From: Proteromonas lacertae | Taxonomy: Eukaryota | NCBI GenBank assembly: GCA_002245135.1 | Contig: NGBS01000016.1 | Coordinates: 124,001-158,331, forward strand | Direction of reading: 5' to 3' | DNA length: 34,331 nucleotides | Made by a program: the position numbers and the translations under genes | In this document: one piece after another, positions 23,600 through 34,331 of the stretch | How the letters are laid out: each line of letters opens with the position of its first letter | How positions within the stretch are numbered: position 1 is the stretch's first letter | The notes under the pieces: generated by a model | The model's input: the letters and a program-made list of their open reading frames with translations, nothing else | Databases searched by the model: none | What the model was told of the DNA's origin: nothing

Positions 23600-25495
23600 A
23601 TGAATATCTTGTTACTCTTTGCATGTCTTGGTTTCATTCTTGCAGGTATGAATTTTTCTTATTAATATGTACTAGATCCAAAAACTGCATACGTTGTTTA
23701 TAATAATACTGTTTATGATGTAGTAGATTCAAAACCAGAAAAGTATGTAGCTAAAGCTACATTCGATGATAAGATTAGTGAAACTGGTATTATTTTTGTG
23801 TGAATAATTTTCTTTAATTAGGTTGGTCAACACTTACCGTCGAAACAAACGGTGAATATGAAGATATTGTACAAGCTTATGCTGCAGGCTATGTTGAAGC
23901 TTATTTAACCCATCAAAGAATTTACTACCATGCTTACAATTACTTCATTAACTACACAATTGACGGGAAATTACAAGAATATATAAATGACAACAGAGCT
24001 TGGATGGAATCAAATATTAAAGATCATCAAGATGATGAAGTATGGTATCAAGTAGGATTAATGTTAAAACAAGATGATGCCATGCATGATGGTTATTTCA
24101 AATTCCACAACGAAGGTGAAGAACTATTACATGACACTTTGAAATATATGATGTATTTTGGTGATTACAGTGATTTAGTTGAAGTATTAAAGAATAAACC
24201 AACTGATGCAGATCATTGTAGTGCTTTAATCAAAGTATTAGATGATTTCTCTGATATTTACATTGCTCAAGAATCTTGGTATCGATTTAATACAATGACT
24301 CGTATTTGGAAAGTATATGATTTCCCTTATCACAGATCTTCAACAAATAAAGAAATAGTTCCGGGTAGAAAAATCTCAATGGCTTCTTATCCAAGTTACT
24401 TATACAGTTTCGATGATTTCTATATGTTAAGTCAAGGCTTAGTAGTTCAAGAAACAACAATTGGTAATTCAAACACATCTTTATACAGTGAAATCAAAGC
24501 TGAACAATTATCAGTATGGATGAGAACAATGTTAGCTAATCGATTATCCACCAATGGAGAAAATTGGGGTAATTATTATGGAAAATATAATAATGGATTA
24601 TATTGTAATCAATACATGGTATTAAATATGAATTTATTCAAACCAGGAGAAAAGACATTAGAAGATGGTTTATTATATGTAACAGAACAAATACCAGGAT
24701 ATAATGATGTAAGAGATTTAACTTATGTATTACGAAATCAAAGTTATTATCCATCTTACAATTCTGCAATGTATCCTGAAATAAGAATATTATCAAATGC
24801 AACAGGAATGGAGAAAGTTGATGATTATTATACTTATGATAAAAATCCTCGAGCAAAAATATTTAAACGAGATCATGTGAATGTAAAAGATTTACCTTCA
24901 ATGAGAAGAATAATGAGATATAATGATTTCAAAAATGATGAATACTCTCGATGTAATTGTACTCCTGCTTATACTGCCAGTTTTGCCATCTCAATGAGAG
25001 GTGATTTGAATGATCCAAATGGTATTTATCCAGTTGGTGGTTGGGGATTAAGAAATCATGGTGGTTTAGATGTAAAATTAACAAGTTATACATTATATAA
25101 ACGTGATATGTCTGCTAATATAATATCTGGTCCAACTTATGATCAACAACCTGCATTTGTATTTTCAAAGTCTCCATTTAGTGATTTACCTCATATGGGA
25201 TTACCTGATGAATGGAAATTCCCTTGGTATGAAATCAATAGTAATACACTTGAAATGAATGAAATGTATTTTATATATTATTTATATATTTATGAATAGA
25301 AGTGAATTAAAACCAATAACAGCAACAGGAATAGCAATTTTATCAACAGTTGGTGGTTTATTATTTATCTGTATAGCTGTAGTTACATTCCTTGAAATCA
25401 AGAAGAAAATGTCTAATAAATCAGTAGATGTAAGTGGAGGTAATGGAAGTGGTAATGTAACAGCTGAACAACAATTAAACCAACCTTTGGTTTAA
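23600..25495 (+). CDS. Phospholipase B-like (PLBD/LAMA) protein with signal peptide and C-terminal TM anchor
   Basis: GWSTL, QAYAAGYVEAYLT, HCSALIK, SFDDFY, QETTIG, SYNSA, RAKIFKRD, MRYNDF, SGPT; three introns; TM segment in ORF 25259-25495. Confidence 0.9.
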
Positions 25496-25692
25496 TGAAC
25501 TAGAAAATAATATTATTGAAAATATTGAAAATGTATTTGTTTGTGAGAGAGTTGATATGAACATAAAAATAATCATAGAATAGAATAAATCAATAAAAAT
25601 AACTTGATTACTGTTTGAATATCCAAAATTTAATCTTTTTATATTATGTGACAAAGAATAAAAAAAATCAAAACAATAATAATATAATCTCT

Positions 25693-28600
25693 TTATTTTT
25701 TAAGTTTTCTTTTATTTTCATTCACTTTTCTATTTGAAAGTGATGAATTTATTGAATTATCAATTATAATATTAATACTACTTCCATATATTTCATTACC
25801 AAATTCATATTTATAATATGTAATGTCATTATTTTGAATCTGAGATTCAACTTTTAGTGGGAATGTTACAGAAGAAGATGAAGATGTAGGTGGTTGGTTC
25901 TAAATAATAAATAAAATATTTATATACATCAAAAGAATCTACCTTCACATTTTCCTTTGAAATATCTAGAATCTCTTTCAATGATACAGTTAATAATTCA
26001 TCATCCATTTCAACTGTCTCTGGTGATGTTGCAGTAATTGATGATAATGTATTATTTTCATATTCTTCAAGTGGAAATTTAATAAAACAATTATTATATC
26101 CTTCAGTAGCTAATGGATTATAATGATTGCCATTAATATAACTTAATCTAATTGGATATTGTTCTGTACCATTATGAAATGTCATTATTTTTCTTACACC
26201 AATTCCTTTTTCATATGTCCAAACTTCGATTGGTCGATTATAAAGTTTGCAACATGCTTGAATTTCTGGATTATCACCCCAAGTTCCATCTATTGCTTTT
26301 TCTTTTCTGCATTTTTCCATATATTTGCATCTAAAAAATGAAAAAAATATACATATACTTCATTCTTACATCCATGTAATGTTCTGGAGTTCCATAGACT
26401 TGACGACTTATTGAACGGAATAAACAGTTTTCATCTCCTTCTTCTACTATTACTTTAAATCCTAAATCATCAAAGGCTTTAAAATAGGCTAATACATCAT
26501 TGTCATAATAACACACTATTACTTTAGATTGAGGAGATAATGAAGATGTAGATTGAGTGTTTGTAACTATTTCTTTCTGTTTAATTGATACTACAATGTA
26601 ATACATATTTCTAAAACTCATTTTTTCTTTCAAACCATTTATACATTCTTTTATTTGATTATCACATTCTAATACATTTCTATTATCATTAATTACATGT
26701 ATTATAGTATTATTCATTAAATATATCATTTCTCGATTTTCAAGAGTAGCTAAATGAACTAAACAATACTGGTTATTATTAATAGAATATTTATCTCCTT
26801 TAAAAAAGGATTTAAATATCTCAAATTCATAATTATCACGAAATTTTTCTACTATTGATATTTTCTTTTTATTGATTGTTGTAACTATCTGATCGATATT
26901 GTATAAACAGTTATACCAAACTAATTCTCTGAATAACAGTAGAAAAAGTTCATTCTTTATATTATTATTATACAATTCATTGAATAAATTTTGAATTTCT
27001 TTAACATCATCTTTATTTGCCTTGTGTTGTATACATTCAAAAATAAAATCATATACTTCATCAGATATAAACTCCATTCGATCTTCATTGATTCTATCAT
27101 AATATTTTATTTTATTCACTTCATCTTTAAAGGGAATTGAATATTTGACTATATAATGACATAAAGTACTGTCAAAAACATCTGTTTCTCTTTTTGATAT
27201 TTTTTCATCTGCTGATTTACATGGATATAAATATTTCATTAGAAATTTCATGTAACCAAGATTACCTACTATTCTTTTAATACCTTTCGTATAAATTTTC
27301 ATCCAATAATCATCTTTATAACATACATCATATATTGCTGCATAATAAATATGTCTTGGAACATTTCCATATCTTTTATTATATTTACTTGCTACATCTC
27401 TCAATTCAGTAGGTAAACAGAGGATTTCCCAGTCTACTATTTCTTTTTCATCAAATACATCCATATAAAACCATAATTTATTATAGGTTGAAGCATTAAA
27501 AGAGGAATAGTTTTTATTATCTGGTGAAGTTACATATAATACTATAGAAGCGTTACAATCATCACTTTGAATATCATACGAATCACATATAGCAATATCG
27601 AAGTATGCATCTATAATGTCTATCACTTTATTACCTTCTAATTGGTATTTTTCACCAGCTTTGAATATTGCTACTTTAATATCATTATCCATATTTCCTT
27701 TTAACTCTATAATACTTTGTATGATATATATAATAAACGAAGTCTTTCCACAACCTGGATTTCCTCTCAATAATATAGGTAAAGCATCTTCATTATGCTT
27801 ATATTTATCAATTCTTTGCTTTGCATTTTCTTTTGTAACATTGCCAATACCCAATTCTTTACAGATTTTATTTATTTTATCTAAGTCATTACAGTCTATC
27901 ATATCACCTAATTTATAACATAAAATATGATGCTTCAATTCTTTCCATATTTCTTTATATACATTTCTGATAAACACCTTCTTTTCAGGATATTGGTAAA
28001 TATCACATTTAATTTCTATTGTTCTACCACCATCTGCATAATTTGGACTCTTATCTCCAAATACTTTACATATAGAATTACTGGCTATTATTTACATAAC
28101 AGATAAATATATATACTTTTGCGACTTTTACTGTATGATTTAATATTTCTATTTATTTCATTTAAATGATTTATTGCATCATCTAAATTAATTACATCAC
28201 CTTTTTCTAATTTTTCAATTTTTGACTTTAATTGACTTATATATGAATTATCATAATCTAATTCTATATTATCATCCAGTTTTTTCCATTTCTCAAGTAA
28301 TAGATCTTTTGAACCTTTTGAATCTTTCTCAATGCCAACATCATTAATGCCTTCACTTATTTCCTTAATAATTGTTTCACATATTCCATAATTATGTTTT
28401 ATTCTTTTTTCTATAACCTTGCTTGGTATTAAATCTATTAAAGTATCTGAATATCCTTTCAAATTGACACTCATTTGTTTATTCTCGGTAAATAGTTTAT
28501 TCTCGGTAAATTGTTTAAACTCATCTATATTTTCTAAATATGCCAAATAGTCATCGAATAATTTAGAATTCATATTACAGGTGGAAAATCTTAATCGTTT

Positions 28601-31128
28601 TGATTTTATAGAAATTATTACTTTTTGACTTTTTAGTTCTATCCACTTGTATGCTTTGTTCATTTCTTGTGTCATTATGTCTACAAATATTCCATAATGT
28701 CCAAACCCTGTATCACCTTCTTCAAGTTTCGTCTCTACTTTATCATGTTTGTATGAAGCAAACACAATATTAAATATTGGGTTACAATTCTCTAATTTTC
28801 TTAAAAATTTATCCTTTTTACTATCTGTCAATGATTTTATTTCTTTTTTAATCGACTATGATGAAAATAAAAATACATAAATATATACATCCAGAATCTC
28901 TTTGGTCATTTTCTCTTTGTCTGTATTCTTCTCGTGATATATGACATCAATTAAATAATCTTCTAAATCTGTGAATAATTTATTATTTTTGATCATAGCT
29001 TTCACTTTATTATTGAGTCGTTTAAGTTTTGGTATCAATTCTGTATATGTACTGAGATCTCTTTCCATTATTTTGATGTTTTTATTCTTCTTCTCTTTTA
29101 TTTTTTTTAATTTTTTAATTTCTTTATCTAAATTATCAATAGATGTTTTATCTTCATCTAATTCTTTAAGTTTATTCATTTCTTTTTCATATTCATTAAT
29201 ATCATTCGTAATACTAATTGATTCATCTTTCAGATCTGGTAAATCATTTTCACATTCAATCAATCTATTATAAATTGCATTATCACTGTTTTCAACATTT
29301 AAAAAATGATCTTTAACATCTTTAAATATATCAACTACTTTGTTTTTACCTCCTTGCTTATTTTTATATATGAATTCTTTTCTTCTATTATTAAGTTCAT
29401 TTATTAAAAACTACAGAATTATATATATTAATACTATATATTATACATAACTCTCATGAAATAGTCTCTTTCTTTCACTCATTTCTTTTATTATACTTTC
29501 TTTTTTCTTCTGTGGAATGAAACCATTAAGATATAGTGCTTTTGCAAAAATATCTTTACCTTTAGCATCATCAATTCTAATACTTCTCAAATGATTGATT
29601 ATATCTGCTTTATGATAATTATATAACAACTATTTAAGTATAATTCTATAAATAATACACTAAGTAGTGTTATTACTGTGTTTTTAGTTGCATGTGAATT
29701 GGATATTGTCATTATAACTCCTGTTATACTGAATTTGTTAATAATACATCCATCTATAGCTGGGAAATTACTAATATTACCAAAATCTACATAAATGCAC
29801 TCAAACATTACTCCACCTTCAACTTCACCTTTTACAATTACACCGTCTGTTATATTTCCATTTGATATTGTCAGATCTTTCATTACACAGTTTTTAATTT
29901 CATTGTACTGAGTTAAAAGACCTAATTCTTTGTCAGTCACTATAATAGCATTTTTTATTATTCCATCATTTACTTTTCCATCTTTTATTCTTCCACTTTC
30001 ATATGAAGCTTTCATGATTCTACAATTCTTAATTGAATTTGAATCACAATATTTAAATTTATCAACCTGCTGAAGATATGTAAGGAATGAGAATAAATCC
30101 CTTGAATATTCTCTATTCTTAGGTAAATAAAACATCAATATATCATTTAATTCTTTCTTTGTATAGTCACCATCTTCAAAAATAATGTGGCACATCCTTT
30201 CAAAAATCTTTGGATGTATTTCATTCAATAACTTATCTGTTAATACATTGTGTAATATTTTAAAACTGTCTTTTGTATTAAAGTAATGATTCAGTATATA
30301 TTTTTCTATTTCTGTGGATATATACCTCAATTTGTCAGGGATGATATTAAATTGGTTAGTGTCATAAATAAAGAGCGATTCTTCATATTTAGGAGGGATA
30401 TATAACGGAAATTGACTTGCATCAGTTCCATGTTTTCTAATATATTCACCTAGTTTTTCTAATCTATTACAGGCTTGTAAATTATATCCATATGCAATTG
30501 CTTCTGTTAATATCCTGTTTCTTTCTTCACCTTTTTTGCTTTTACTGACAATTATATCCAACTCTTTTTTGCTAAACTGTGGTATGTAAAATTGAATGGG
30601 TGCTCTTTTATTAGCCATAATCTTGTACTTATCTGCATCTGGTGAACTTATCATTATGATTATAGCACAATCACTATAATCATCCTCTCGAATTTGTACA
30701 TTATCATCAATAATTATTGTATTCTTTTTAAAATCAGGAATTTTTTCGAATGCTACAAATTCATTTGTATAAGCCAATCTACAATAGTAAGTATACTGCT
30801 TATTCTCCACTTTACTCATTCCATAAACTATTATATTATACTTATCAAACTCCTTAATATTGTTCATGCAATATGCCAAAAAACAACACAAAGTAGATTT
30901 ACCTACTTTTTCATTCCCATAAATTAAAAAACAATTTTGATATTTCTGTAAATGTGTTTCATTCGTTTTTTGTATTAATCTTTTCATCTCGTTATATATA
31001 TCTACATAACAATCTCTGATTAAGATAAAAGACTTTGTTGATTTATGGCTAAGCTTATATTCTTCACCATCTTTCAATAATCTCAACTGATTTAGAAAAT
31101 TATACTTTAACAAAAACTTAAAGCTCAT
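25693..31128 (-). CDS. Crinkler/RHS-type protein: NTPase-REase-like, coiled coil, second NTPase, OTU deubiquitinase (~1749 aa)
   Basis: Six canonical introns (29630-29658, 29411-29446, 28856-28888, 28085-28116, 26331-26358, 25900-25927) join the ORFs into one 5250-nt frame. Motifs: IRDCY..GNEKVGKS..SSPD; NFPAIDG..MTISNSH; IRNVY..GNPGCGKT..TSPD..YGNVPR; GDENCLFRS..WGDNPEIQA..GNHYN. Confidence 0.85.
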
Positions 31129-31188
31129 TCAAAAAAATGATAACTATACCTTTCAATTAATTATAATAATCAAATGAAATGTAAAGTT

Positions 31189-31419
31189 ATGAAAATTAAA
31201 AAAACATGAACTGATTTAAGTAGATTATATTCAGATGTATTTTAACAAACAAATATTATTTTAAATGAAACATTTTAAAAAACCAATATTTCCTGTAAAG
31301 ATGTCGAATATTTTTTATTAGTTGGTGGATCAAGTAGAATTCCTCAAATTACAAAGTATATAGAAAGAATTTTCATTCGTAGAGAGATACAGAATTTATA
31401 CAAAATCATAAACAATTAA
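31189..31419 (+). pseudogene. Hsp70-family gene fragment
   Basis: One frame reads KT*TDLSRLYSDVF*QTNIILNETF*KTNISCKDVEYFLLVGGSSRIPQITKYIERIF, matching the Hsp70 LVGGSTRIP region, with three in-frame stops. Confidence 0.8.
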
Positions 31420-31508
31420 AATAATCCACGTGAAATAAAGAATTCAACAATATTAAATAATGATTATATATTTTATGATGTGATTGTGTTTATTTAAAAA
31501 AGAAGAAT

Positions 31509-31523
31509 AAAAAAAGCAAAAAA
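31509..31523 (-). terminator. Pol III oligo-T terminator of the SRP RNA gene
   Basis: T6-GC-T7 on the minus strand immediately after the helix-5 3' strand. Confidence 0.7.
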
Positions 31524-31814
31524 GAGATAGTGAATAAGTCTCTCTTCGTTACTTACCAGTTTATAGATAATTATTACACTCCGACTCGTTTTCTTCTCAC
31601 TACATAAAGCGATGGGTTTTCGGTGCTCTGTTTCCAGCCTCCCGCTTTACCCCATTCTTTAAAAACTAGGAAAACTCATATTCATACAAGTTACCCTTGT
31701 TATACTTTATGCTCGAGTAAGGCAAGTCATCAACCATGAATAATTATCTCGCCAATAAGTCACTCAAAATTCCCATTCACGCCTTCCTTTCGGATTACAG
31801 AGTTACCTCCAGGC
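31521..31814 (-). ncRNA. SRP RNA: Signal recognition particle RNA (7SL)
   Basis: Helix 8 CGG-GAGG-CTG-GAAA-CAG-AGCA-CCG (31621-31644). 5' Alu domain GCCT...TGTAA...AGGC. Long helix 5 pairings AGATAATTATT/AATAATTATCT, ACTTATTGG/CTGGTAAGT, GTGAATGGG/CTTATTCAC. About 294 nt, followed by T-runs. Confidence 0.9.
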
Positions 31815-31905
31815 AACTTTTATTTCCCTCTTTTTTCTATATATATCATCCAAAATGTAGAATGATTTTTTTTATGGGTTAGAATTCTTTTTTCTTATTT
31901 TTGAA

Positions 31906-33190
31906 ATGATTAGAGCACATAAACTGATATTAATGAAAAGAACAATATCTACTGTTGTAGTAGGCATGAGTGGAGGTGTTGACTCATCTGTTTCAGCTCT
32001 ATTACTAAAAGAACAGGTATTATAATAATTACACTTATTTTAGGGATACAATGTTAAAGGTATGTTTATGAAGAATTGGAATATTGAAGAAGAAAAAGGA
32101 CAGAGTCAATGTCCAAATAAAGATGATTATTTGTATGCAAAGAGAGTATGTGAAGAATTGAAAATACCATTAATATCTGTAGAATTTGAAAAGGAATATT
32201 GGAATAATGTGTTTACTCCAATGGTTGAAGGTTATAAAAAAGTATAAAATCTATTCATTGATAAAAACATAGGGTATAACTCCAAATCCAGATGTATTAT
32301 GTAATCGTGAAATAAAATTCAAATATTTCCTTCAAGAAGGATTAAAATATGGTGATTATATAGCAACAGGACATTATTGTAGAAATGAAAAATCAAAAGA
32401 AAATGATTATTACAATTTATTAAGAGGAATTGATAGAATAAAAGATCAAAGTTATTTCTTGTGTGAAATATCAGGTAAAAATTTATCTAAAGTGAAATTC
32501 CCTGTTGGTCATTTATATAAATCACAAGTGAGAGAAATAGCGAAGAAGAATAATCTCTTTGCAGCAAATAGAAAAGACAGTTATGGAATATGTTTTATTG
32601 GTCAAAGAAAATTTAAAGATTTTATGAAAGAATATATTCAACCAATGAAAGGTAAAGTATATGATAATAAAGGGAAATATTTAGGTGATCATAACGGATA
32701 TTTTTATTATACAATTGGACAAAGGTATTTGATGGGAGGATTAGATTCTAAATATTATATCTATAAAAAGGATGTTAGTGAAAATGAATTATTTGTTTGT
32801 CCAGGAAAGAATAATCCATGTTTATTGACAGATTATTGTGTTGTATATTTATTTATTATATTCATATATTTAGATTAAAGAAATGCACTGGATTAATCCT
32901 TACATAATAATTCCAAACCATACTTATTTATATAAAGCAAGATATAGGGTGGTATATATCATATAATCATGTTATTGTGTTATTATTAATAGGAAGTAGG
33001 TGAATGTAAGTTAGAATTAAAGAATGAAGTTGTATACGTATATTATACTCACCCACAAAGAGCTGCTACTCCAGGACAAGTATGTGTTTTGTATGATGGA
33101 GAGGTTTGTATGGGAGGTGGTGAGATAAGTGAATGTGGAACAAATTATGAAGAAATGAATATACCCATTCCAAGTAAAATTTATGAGTAG
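31906..33190 (+). CDS. TRMU: Mitochondrial tRNA 2-thiouridylase MnmA/TRMU
   Basis: GMSGGVDSSVSA, FMKNW, TPNPDVLCNREIKF, IATGHY, KDQSYFL, DSYGICFIG, YTIGQR, QRAATPGQ; four introns. Confidence 0.95.
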
Positions 33191-33304
33191 TTTTATTTTA
33201 AAGTTGATAATTTATAAAGTAATGATGTCGTTACAAAGTTTTTAAGAATTAAAAATTTAAAAAATTTTGTTTGTTTTTTCAAGCTTTAAGTTTGAATGTT
33301 ATAA

Positions 33305-34331
33305 ATGTTTTCAAATCTTAGAAAATCGTTAAAATTAAAAAGTCGTAGTGGCTTACGTATTATTTTTTTGGTTTATATTTTAGCTGAGGCTTATTTTAGA
33401 TGTAAAGCATGTAAAGCTGTACTAGATTTTCAAGGAATGGGTCAACATGCCGGATTATGTCCTAGTTTATCAGCTGTTTCAGATAATCCGTTTGAAGAAA
33501 TAGATAAAGAAACATATGATAAAGAAATAGCTAAAACAAATCCTTCTAATAATATAGGTGATTTTCTAAGGCGTTCTTTGAGTGGTAGTATGAATATATA
33601 TTTATTAATATATCATTATATAGAATTTCAAGATGGTTCTATGTCTCCTCGAAATCAGTCAACACCCACCACTCCAAGACTCACACCAACATCATCTTCT
33701 ACAAACACACAAGAAACACTACCTCCACCTCCATCTTCGTCCTCCAATAATAAAAACAGGCCCAATATCGTTAACTAATGTAAAAGAATATCATTGTAGT
33801 AATTGTGATACTGATTTTATATTCAATTCAACAGAAAACACACCAACTTGTCCAGTATGTGATAATGAAGATCAAGACACAATTAAATTGAAAGAAATAG
33901 AACCTCATTTATTAAAGGGAGATAATTTAGATAATCCAAACGTTGAAGAAGTACCAAATGAATATAAGTGTGAAAATTGCGGTACTTTTTTTGTGTTTGA
34001 TTCTTCTGAGAATAGTCCAACATGTCCTGTGTGTGATAATACTGATCAGGAGACAATACATAAGAGGTATAAAGCAAAATCAGATATTGTAAATGATAAA
34101 GAACAATCAGATAAAGAAGAATCTGAAAAAGAAGAAGAAAGTGAAAAAGAAGAAAGTGATAAAGAAGAAAGAAAATCCATTTGTAGGGTGAAGTAAATCT
34201 GAAGAGAAGTGAAGTGAAAAGAAAAAAAAAAAAAGAAAATCTGGAAAAAGAAGAAAAGTGAGAGGAAAGTGATAAAGAAGAAGAAAGTGGTCTAGGAAGA
34301 AAGAAGAAGAGAGAATCCATTTGTAGAAGAA
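33305..34331 (+). CDS. Zinc-finger/Zn-ribbon repeat protein with acidic tail; frame breaks, probably 3'-truncated
   Basis: C2HC finger CKAC..H...C, then two copies of EYxCxNCxTxFxFxSxENxPTCPVCDNxDQ. Two in-frame introns. +1 break near 33731-33778 and a noisy E/K/S repeat after 34170. Confidence 0.65.

Noticed and set aside
25530..25545. Blastocystis-type polyadenylation-created stop codons and TGTTTGTT motif
   Set aside because: All reconstructed complete genes have genomic stop codons; only loose TG-rich matches occur downstream.
31189..31419. Stop-codon reassignment suggested by in-frame stops in the Hsp70 and kinase fragments
   Set aside because: Conserved genes have no in-frame stops outside introns and terminate with TAA, TAG or TGA; these fragments are decayed.
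31549..31583. U1 snRNA-like words ACTTACC and ATTACACTCCG on the plus strand
   Set aside because: Spacing is too short, stem-loop I is absent, and the region is fully explained by SRP RNA helix 5 on the minus strand.
4584..34320. Many antisense or alternate-frame ORFs in the track (e.g. 4678-5121, 6080-6370, 27616-27918, 28971-29273, 33883-34320)
   Set aside because: They are shadows of real genes with low-complexity F/S/L/I-rich translations.
1..34331. CRISPR arrays, tRNA or rRNA genes, prokaryotic defence operons
   Set aside because: No regularly spaced repeats, cloverleafs or rRNA signatures were seen; the window is eukaryotic and intron-rich.

Overview
AT-rich, very gene-dense nuclear DNA from a eukaryotic microbe. 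It uses the standard genetic code and has tiny GT..AG introns (mostly 27-36 nt), so most genes are fragmented in the ORF track. Mitochondrial translation genes (bL34m, MnmA), a ciliary-type glutamylase and Crinkler-type domains would fit a stramenopile such as a Blastocystis/Proteromonas relative; this is an inference only. About 22 protein genes can be reconstructed by manual splicing: 7TM-RGS, TMEM198-like, a broken pseudokinase-LRR, RTF2, TTLL9-like, bL34m, an ankyrin protein, Aurora kinase, ARPC1, a BSD protein, an atypical E2F, a metallophosphoesterase, NIP7, two Mpv17/PMP22 paralogues, a PKA-C-like kinase, eL19, phospholipase B-like, MnmA and a Zn-ribbon protein among them. There is also an SRP RNA gene and two candidate snoRNAs. 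Highlights: (1) a 2808-bp non-autonomous CACTA-type transposon with 13-bp TIRs and a TG duplication, inserted in one Mpv17 copy and carrying intron-containing captured kinase fragments (Pack-CACTA); (2) a ~1749-aa Crinkler/RHS-type protein with two NTPase modules fused to an OTU deubiquitinase; (3) a stand-alone dynein microtubule-binding-like domain fused to ankyrin repeats; (4) an E2F site in the promoter of the E2F gene. Several +1 frame breaks in otherwise intact genes are most likely assembly errors. All family assignments come from motif recognition by eye; no database searches were run.
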